From positions 148,800,001-148,864,000 of the forward strand of contig NC_042997.1 of NCBI RefSeq assembly GCF_006345805.1: DNA of 64,000 nt. The letters are read 5' to 3'. Below are positions 55,390 to 64,000 of this stretch, piece by piece. The position numbers and the translations under genes are program-made. The notes below the pieces were generated by a model, which saw only the letters and a list, made by a program, of their open reading frames with translations, had not been told where the DNA came from and did no database searches. Within the stretch, counting starts at the first letter, position 1, and every line of letters starts with the position of its first letter. This DNA is from Octopus sinensis. Lineage: Eukaryota.

Positions 55390-55790
55390 CCTCTGCCGTT
55401 ACGCTTCTCCTCTCCTTCCACGTGACCGGTGTTCCGGCAAGCTTGACTTTTGTTTCTTTGTTCGAATACCATCGACCAAAGAAACATCTCTAATATTCCT
55501 TCCCATGACTAGCATTCCTCTTGTCCCTGCCATAAAGTTTCTGTTCCACACACGCCAGATTAATTTAGTTCGACCTAAGTCGCAAGACACCTGTTGTTAA
55601 TGCCCTAGTGTTTTTTATTTATAATTCTGTACCATTTTCATCCTTGTTTTCGTATACATTCTCTTGCTTTCTTCTACGGAATCTAGTACACTTAGCTTAG
55701 GCTTTCTTGCAGCCGGCCAGATTGGAGCAGTCTCGAATGTAATCGACGGAAACTGCTAAGACTACCTGGTACTCGACTCAGGATAGGTTT
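55390..55790 (+). mobile_element. Dispersed repeat, copy 2
   Basis: See 54400-54875. Confidence 0.75.
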
Positions 55791-56967
55791 ACATGTTCAA
55801 ACTTATACAATCATGGTTGTATATTTTCTCCTAGATCATGGAGATTATACCTACCTGTATATATCGACTGATATTAAGTGTATGTATATAATATTTTATA
55901 TGCCTTAATGTACACGATATTTCTAATACACATACTCACACACACGCACCAAACACACACATTTATATGCCCATCTCTACACCTATGTATGAGTATTTCT
56001 ATTATGTTATGCATATAGAGTATTTGGGTATAATGATATCTTTGGGGAATTCAGGGACAGCCGTCCTACTGCATAATCTATTTTATTGAATAGCAGCGTA
56101 TCATGATTTTCAGTCTCCATTAACTCGTATATCTCACTAGGTGAAATGCACGCATCTACAAACACTCAAGAATAAAGAAACCATCCACACCACTCTGCCT
56201 GTTTCTCCCCTACTATTTAGGGTTCAATGTTGCACTCATACATTATCATCTTTGTACCTTCGTTTACAACTACCACCCTTATACTTTTATATTTTTATTC
56301 CTTACCTTCATACAACTGTGATAAAAAATTAAGTCATGATAGCCAGGGATCATAATGCAATAAAATAACAAAAGATAAGTTGTTACATAACTTTGCCGAA
56401 AATGCTTATATACTCTAACGAAGAATGACCATTGTGTGAAGTGTCAATACTTGCTTCAAGCGTCACATGAATTTGCTTCCAAGTATGCATTTAGATCGCT
56501 ACAATAATGGATTTAGCAAATACAAATATTTAGTTGCCGAGATTTTTCGGTACATAGATGAACACATCTTTAGTAGCTGTTAAAGCAAAATATTCTCTAG
56601 ATGTTTGCATGCAGATGCCCTTGCTTTGGAGTGGTGGTAACATGAATTGATAACAAGAGAGCAGTAAACCAGTAGAAAAAAATCGTGCTTGAGTATGTAG
56701 GAAAGTTATTCAGCTTTAAAGTTTGGGAAATTAAAAAATATGCTTACTGAAGACACAGTTATAAGTATATTTTGCATTTCTAGTTAGTAGTACCTTTATT
56801 CATTAGATTATTGAAAGCTTCAAAGCTTGAAGGAGTACACACAATTGGCAGAAGAATGAGTTTGCATATACTAAGATGCTCTACATTCTGTTGCCTGAAT
56901 TTAATATCAATTCTCTGTTATCGGTGATAAATACAGCAGATATTTTGATTTCATAATTAGCTCTCTC

Positions 56968-57015
<48 letters not shown>

Positions 57016-57047
57016 GATATATATATATATATATATATTAATATAGA

Positions 57048-57377
57048 TATATATATATAAGGCAGGTTGTCTGTCTGTGTGTCTGTGTTTCTGTCAGGTT
57101 GTACCCTCACCATGACCACGGCTTTCAACCGATTCTGATGAAACTTGACACACACATAGCCCAATGTCATAATTCAAAACTAACACAGCGAAAATTTTGA
57201 AAAGTTCCCCCAGTTCTGAAAAAAATTTATAAATTCCGCCACTTCAAGCAGTCAACGAGACAAAAGATGACCAGACAACATAACCTTGGCATACTTCTGC
57301 TAATCGCAGCTGTAACCGTAAGTCGTTGCCTACTAGGGGTTCTTACATACCAGGGCAACGCTGGGCTATGCTGCTAG
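57048..57377 (+). mobile_element. Non-autonomous Helitron
   Basis: 3' hairpin CCAG..CTGG (57350-57364), then CTGCTAG|T, similar to the 26967 end; the 5' end is buried in (TA)n. Confidence 0.75.
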
Positions 57378-57401
57378 TATATATATAAACAGAAAGTGAG
57401 A

Positions 57402-57447
<46 letters not shown>

Positions 57448-59397
57448 GAGAGAGAGACGTATATGTGTGCCAAGCTATGATTTTTTATGTCAAATTTGCA
57501 TTAAGAAAATGCTTATATTTAGCATTTTTAACTATCAACTTCCCAATCTGAGTTTGGAACTATTTGTCAAGATTTTCTCATTAAAGTTTCTCCGTATTTC
57601 GTATGGATAGACCAACAACCAATTAGGAAAGCTAGGCTCCAAAGACTACTAAAATAAATACAGAAGGGTTACAAATATCCAGAGATTTATAAACAGAGAT
57701 AATGAGCTTAAACAAGTTAAAATAAGTTTAAACAGTATTAGATATATTCCAGGAAAGCAAAGCTAATCAGAGGTTATCGTCTGCAGCATTGTTAATACTG
57801 CAAAATATTGAGATTCCATTTCTGCAATCATTTAAGCAATTAAGAATACAAACTCCTTCTTATTGACTTTTTTTTCTTGTGTGAATAATTTTGTTGATTG
57901 TAATTTTAAATTAGATTTTGTTGATTTAAAATTGTTGCTTGTAAGTTGATATGTTTCTTATTTGTGGTTTCCCAAAATAAAGACAAATAGCTATAACCAC
58001 ATATATACTGCTATATGACGAGTCTTCTTGCAGTTTATTTGTTCGATGGGAAGCTACAACAAATACAGTGAGCTATAAAATAACAGAAATTGTGCATGCC
58101 ATAACATTGGCAAGCTGAAATCAAAACTAATTTTCTAACACCATCAATCAAATGCAGAAGATAGAAGACGAAATAAGTTCCGATGAGACGGTTTGAGTAT
58201 CAAATATCTGTATATTGATACGAGTTGCAATTTAATACGAGATATCAATCAAATAACGTTATTCATTGTAATAGTCATCAATACTGTACATAACAAGGCA
58301 CAAATATTCCCAGAGCAGTCAAAACTACAGCAAGATATCTGTTGAGGAACAGTAACGTTGTCAGCAAAATAGTTTTCATGTAAAATGGAATAAAAGTTTC
58401 AAATTGCCGTAATAATGAAATATTCCCTAGTGACTGTTTCACTAGAGCTTTCTTACATTTTACAATTTTATTATAATTTTTATTGAGAGATCAAGTAAGA
58501 TTTTTAATATATCTGTCAATAAACCTATTCTTTATATTACGTTCTTTGTCTCTTACGTTTCTTTCTGTCCATCCATATTTCTCTTATTCTCCCAGTGCTC
58601 TTACGCTACGCATACGATTTAGTAGCTGATAAAGTACATGAAAATAAATTAACATTGTCGTATATACACATTAATGAATCTATGCGTTACTACCACATAC
58701 GGATACTGTTTAGCTTCTTATAAAGTACAAGAAGTTAAATTTACATTGTAATACATACACACATTTAAATCTGCGAAGAAAACTGGTACTACTTCCGTGC
58801 AGCTAAATCGGAAGTATACTGCTCAAAGAAAGCACTCCAATAGGGAAAAGTAATTCGCAAATAATTAATTCGTTTCAGAATGAGGAACTGCATTTTTTCA
58901 AATAAAAATACTGCGAAATTAAGGTGATAAAGCCAAAAGTGAAAGCTAATGTCCCTGGTGGGCCAAAGAGTTATATTTTCTCTCGTGTACGCAAAGATCA
59001 TTAGGAAAAGCAATGCAATTAAATTTGTTTTATATAGACCCATACACAATTATAGTGGATTAAATCATATATACCAGACAAGTATTCTGAATCGTACATG
59101 CCAGGCATACAGCTGTAATTCTGTAGAAATTATCATATGGATGACCGATATATGAAACAGCATAAATGTCAAGCGTATACAAATATATAAAAAAAGAAAC
59201 CTTAAAAGATGTAATTTAATTACTTCAACATTTAAGTGTAAGAGTAACACATACATTCACATCCGTGTATATTGCAGAGATAAATGGTGGATAAAGATAT
59301 TGTCAGATATTTCCTTCCTATTTTAATAGATTTTGGCTTCGGTGAAATTTAAAGTTAAGAAACACGCACGTTGTGTATATCTATCTATCTATCTATA

Positions 59398-59554
<157 letters not shown>

Positions 59555-59557
59555 TAG

Positions 59558-59731
59558 TAGGTGCAATAATTTTTCGGCTTTGGTTTAAACAAAACACAGG
59601 AGGATCAGTAAATTACAATTTTATTCAAAAGTTATTCACTTTCAGATTCACACATTTATTGCATTCAGGTTTTCTAAACCCTGTAAAGCAAGACGGAATT
59701 TGGGCCTCCAGCCAAGCCTTCCGCGTTACCC
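59558..59731 (-). mobile_element. mariner 3'-end fragment
   Basis: Frameshifted [22 protein letters not shown] typical of the mariner C-terminus. Confidence 0.6.
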
Positions 59732-59745
59732 TTAAATTATATATG

Positions 59746-59842
<97 letters not shown>

Positions 59843-60674
59843 GGCAAAAAGAAAATGGAGGGGATACAAGAATGACGTATATCAGCCGGTAGACATTCTA
59901 TTGTGTCTATTCGAAAACAAAAGGGAGTATTATAAGAATACATAAACATGCAAAGACCCTGTGCTACACAAATATATACTAATAATACATAAAGAATAAA
60001 AGATCAAAAGATCAGTTCCTTACGACCATTTCTGCCAAGAGGCCATGATATCCTCCACGCTAGCTCCATATTTTCAGTGTTCTGTAGGGATGGGTACATA
60101 GAGTTTGGATGTTGAGTGTGCCTCTAGTCTTATAATTAGGGTTCAGCAAAACATTTTGCTTCACCACAAACCGGAATTTAGAAATAGCAGCCAAAAGTTT
60201 ACCGATAATCTCCGTTTAACATGCCGAAACTGCTCGTGAAATGATTCGCAGGAGGAAAATAAGATTCGAATTTCGAGTTTGAAGCAACTCGGTAACAAAC
60301 ATTCTTTAACGTATGCGTTATTAAATCTTGTAAATTTGTGGCACGTTGTCCAGTTAAACACCTCTTTTAAAGATAGATATCTCAAAGCTAGACGAAAGAA
60401 AATTTTACCTGATATCGATAGTTGGTGATCATTTCTGCTCTCCAGTGCCCCATATTCACCTCCCATATGAAAGCGGAAATGACTGCGAAATGTTGATATG
60501 TGATACTTTTTCACTTCTAGAACGATTTCGTTTCGCCTTACTTTGAGATATATGCTGTGATTTTAAACACAATACATTCAGAACGTTGTCTACTCAGGAT
60601 GCAATACTGCAGTTTCAAAAAATATCGTAACATACACTCATTATGTATGTGATATTGATAATGTTTATAAAACT

Positions 60675-60963
60675 GGCATTCCATCTGTTACGACGAGATT
60701 TCCAGATAATCCACCCGTGAAATTAATATGGAAGTGACAGAGCACCTCACAGGCACGCATACCCCTAATGTAGTCCTCGGAGATATTCAACGTGACACAG
60801 AGTATGGCAAGTTTGGCCCTTTGAAATACAGGTACAACTAAGTGAAGTAAAGTAGCATGAAATAAAGTGCATTACTCAAAGACACAATGCGCCGCCGGGA
60901 CATAAACTCGCATCTTTATGATCATGAGTCGAATGCCCTAACAACTAGGTCACTTGCCTTCAC
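60675..60963 (-). mobile_element. Old tRNA-derived SINE related to family A
   Basis: tgaaataaagtgc..ctcaaagacacaa matches 770-800; decayed A/B boxes. Confidence 0.65.
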
Positions 60964-61714
60964 TTATATTGACATTATTAAGCACAAAATACGAGCACAT
61001 AATCTATTTCTCTCTCTCTCTTCCGCACACACACACATACACACATAGACACCCGTAGAGTCAGTTTAATGTACTTCTGTACTTTTGTACTCCGAGGCAA
61101 GGTCAAAAGACAATTAGCATGGAATTAATGACTCATGATGGTGAGATAATCCTAATGAATTCACTATACTGCACCCCCTCCAAACACACACGTGCACATA
61201 CACGCACATCAACACATCAAACGCACAAGCAACTACACCCCCACACTTATCCTGTGAAATAGCTTAAAGACTCGAATCTCTCTTTATTCATTACAGAAAT
61301 TCTCAACACCTACTCGTAGATTAGTCTGACGTGCAAAGTACTTATGTCTATTGCCTAATACCACTTCCTTCTTATAGTTTCATTCTTCCGAGCACATCGT
61401 AGGACTGTGTGATCTTCATCATGTATTTTGAAACAAATAATTAACATTTTCTGCAGATGGTGATATATTACGTTGTGTTTTGATTTATCTGTTTGTTCTG
61501 GAAGAAGAGAATATGTTTGGCCTCAGAGAACGTGATGTTCATGAAGCAAGATTTCCTTTTCTTAATAAAGGTTTTATGTCCTTAATAGTGAGACAAGTGT
61601 CCCGTATATATCAGTCTTTTGAGTAAAAGTCGTGTTGCTGCGCAGAACGATTGTCCTAAGTATTTAGGACGCATCTCCGAATATAAACAATAATGCACTT
61701 CATAAATTACATTC

Positions 61715-61927
61715 TTTTCTATTCTAGACACAAGGCACGAAATTTTGTTAGAGGGGGCCAGTCGATTAGATCAACCCCATTACACAACTGGTACTTAATT
61801 TATCGACCCCGAAAGAATGAAAGACAAAGTCGACCGCGGCGGAATTTGAACTCAGAACATAAAGACATACGAAATACTGCAAAGCATTTCACCCGGCGTG
61901 CTACCGTTTCTACCAGCTCGCCGCCTT
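61715..61927 (-). mobile_element. SINE family B, full monomer
   Basis: Head ccagctcgccgcc, body, and CCTTGTGTCTAGA-type tail. Confidence 0.88.
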
Positions 61928-62862
61928 ATACAATTCATTAGTTAGATAGCCCCGCATAACCATAAAAGAGCCTGAATGGACATGACTCAAATGCTTTTGA
62001 ACACGTATCAGTTCGATGAGAACTGTGTTTATAATCGAAAATGTATTTTGAAGCAAGAATTTGCATTAATATATTACAATTATCTTGGACTAATTCAATG
62101 TTGTAACCAGCGCAAAACTGGGAAAATATCATTCGTTGAAACAAAAACAAAATTGTAATAGTTGATTTGAAAATCAGATATAAGTGTACTGTCTAAAAAC
62201 CTGATAGATAATAAATATAACAGAATGCTAGCAAAAGTGAATTTAGTACGGGAATCAAAATTTATATCATTGAGTTTACTCTAATCATTAACGACATGAT
62301 GTCATATTTATGCCTGGTGTCATATTTTTGTCACTAACATCGATAATGAAATTAACTATCCCCATACCAAGTATATATTTTGCTTACAGCACTAGAGCTT
62401 TATGCAGTCTATGCTTATCTACAAATGTGTCCGACCACATAAAAAAAGGAAACACTTCTAAAGGCATCGCTTTCTATTTTAAAGGGATCCACCATACAAT
62501 CTCTCTCCCTGCTATCATATATTTGGTTGTTTTCAATTTTGGCATAAGACGAGCAGAGTGGAGGGTAGGTTTTTGACAATGGCCTTCCATTCTTGGTTGG
62601 TACTTAGTTTATCGACCTCAAAAGTATTCATAAGCAGTATAGTATGAGAAGAGATAAAAAGTCAAAAGAGGGGTGAAGGAAAAGAAAATAAAGTTAAAAT
62701 GAGAGTTCATTATAAAACAGTCTTGCTTCTGCGCCTGCGCGAACACAAACTATGCTCTCGGTATTTAAATATAACTTCTATACATTCCACTCACGCATAT
62801 ACGCACTAAAAATTATATTCATTAACAAGTATCTTAGCTGCAAACATAAATATGCTTTTAAC

Positions 62863-62905
<43 letters not shown>

Positions 62906-64000
62906 ATATATATATATTTATATGCATATATACGAAATCACATTCATACACATGTACTCAGTTACACACACCTATATATTTTGCATGACAATACGTACAT
63001 ACAGCTATATGGATAAACACACAGAATTTGCATAAGAACTGGCATATGTATGCATAGAATGACATACACACGCTAAGATATAAACATGTGTTTGTGTGTG
63101 TGTGTATGTGTGTGTTTCGGTATTATATATTCATGATGGGCAAATCAAATAGAACGATATGATTATGGTGTTTTAGAAACATTTCTGTATTGCTGTAAGA
63201 AATCTATGTTATCAAGAGACTCGTTTCGGAACAATAAGCAGCTTATTTCCACTTAAAATCTTGAATCATTCTCCATTGAATATAATACACACAGAAATGT
63301 CTTCAATACGGTAAATTTGTTGTAATCGATTTTATTACTTACTATTCCAAATATTATTGTAAGCTTTACCCATTTCAATTGATCCCTTATGTCTAATTAG
63401 GCAATGTTAAAATTATATTTATTCTCTACAGAGCAATGTAATTGTCATTATTTGATTTTAATCAAACCACTTGTGTAATATTTAAGATAATATTCATATT
63501 TGCTATTATTGACGGACAATATACAATACACAAGTGTATTTCTTACTTTCATATGTCAGTTATCATTGGACATATATTTCCAACGGTGTGATAGATAAGT
63601 TTATAATATTTTTGTTTATATTCCCTAAATTGCCTTTGTAATTATACTCTATATAATAAAATGTTTATCACCGAGAGAAAACACTGCCAAAGTAATATTG
63701 CTTTGTGAATAGTTAGAGGCTATATCGTTTTGACATCATATACATTAATGCTTAAGAAGTCTAAAGCAATGTCTTTCTTACATTTACAGAAAGTCTGTGA
63801 TGTTGTGTGCTATGGGCGTAAGTGAATTAGATTCAATTGTTATTTATACCGGAATCAATAACAATTGTGCAGATGTATATGCTACGGGGTTCAAACTGCA
63901 ACTCTCCCGTCTATTTATCGGTCAGTGCGCATTTAAGAACCTATTACTCAATGTACTCACTCTGTTTAATTCCTTCCATAGCATGGAAAGTTAGCTGTTA

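Noticed and set aside
54776-55600. Longest ORF in the track (274 aa)
   Set aside because: Spans a dispersed repeat, microsatellites and a pyrimidine-rich tract; no domain content
58250-58400. Cys-rich minus-strand frame (ISCCSFDCSGNIC) resembling a Ly6/three-finger C-terminus
   Set aside because: Lacks the CCxxDxCN spacing and a convincing splice acceptor

Overview
AT-rich animal (eukaryotic) genomic DNA, almost entirely intronic or intergenic in character. It is dense with microsatellites (TA, CA, ATAC, ATCT, AAT, AAG) and decayed transposable elements. The repeat landscape resembles a coleoid cephalopod such as Octopus (inference from pattern recall, not a database result). Identifiable elements: R4/Dong-like RT + restriction-like-endonuclease (REL) non-LTR retrotransposons sitting in (TAA)n tracts, CR1/L2-type LINE relics, at least four SINE families, Penelope-like GIY-YIG relics with hammerhead-ribozyme-like motifs, mariner and Tc1 relics, a GG..CC MITE with an 8-bp TSD, and non-autonomous Helitrons. 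No intact, recognisable host gene is present; there are only weak minus-strand exon candidates. Most ORFs in the supplied track are microsatellite artefacts. The most notable structures are the hammerhead-like motifs, a near-perfect 43-bp hairpin, inverted flank duplications around (TA)n tracts, a back-to-back pair of retroelement 3' ends, and a SINE/LINE shared tail. I found no convincing wholly new system.
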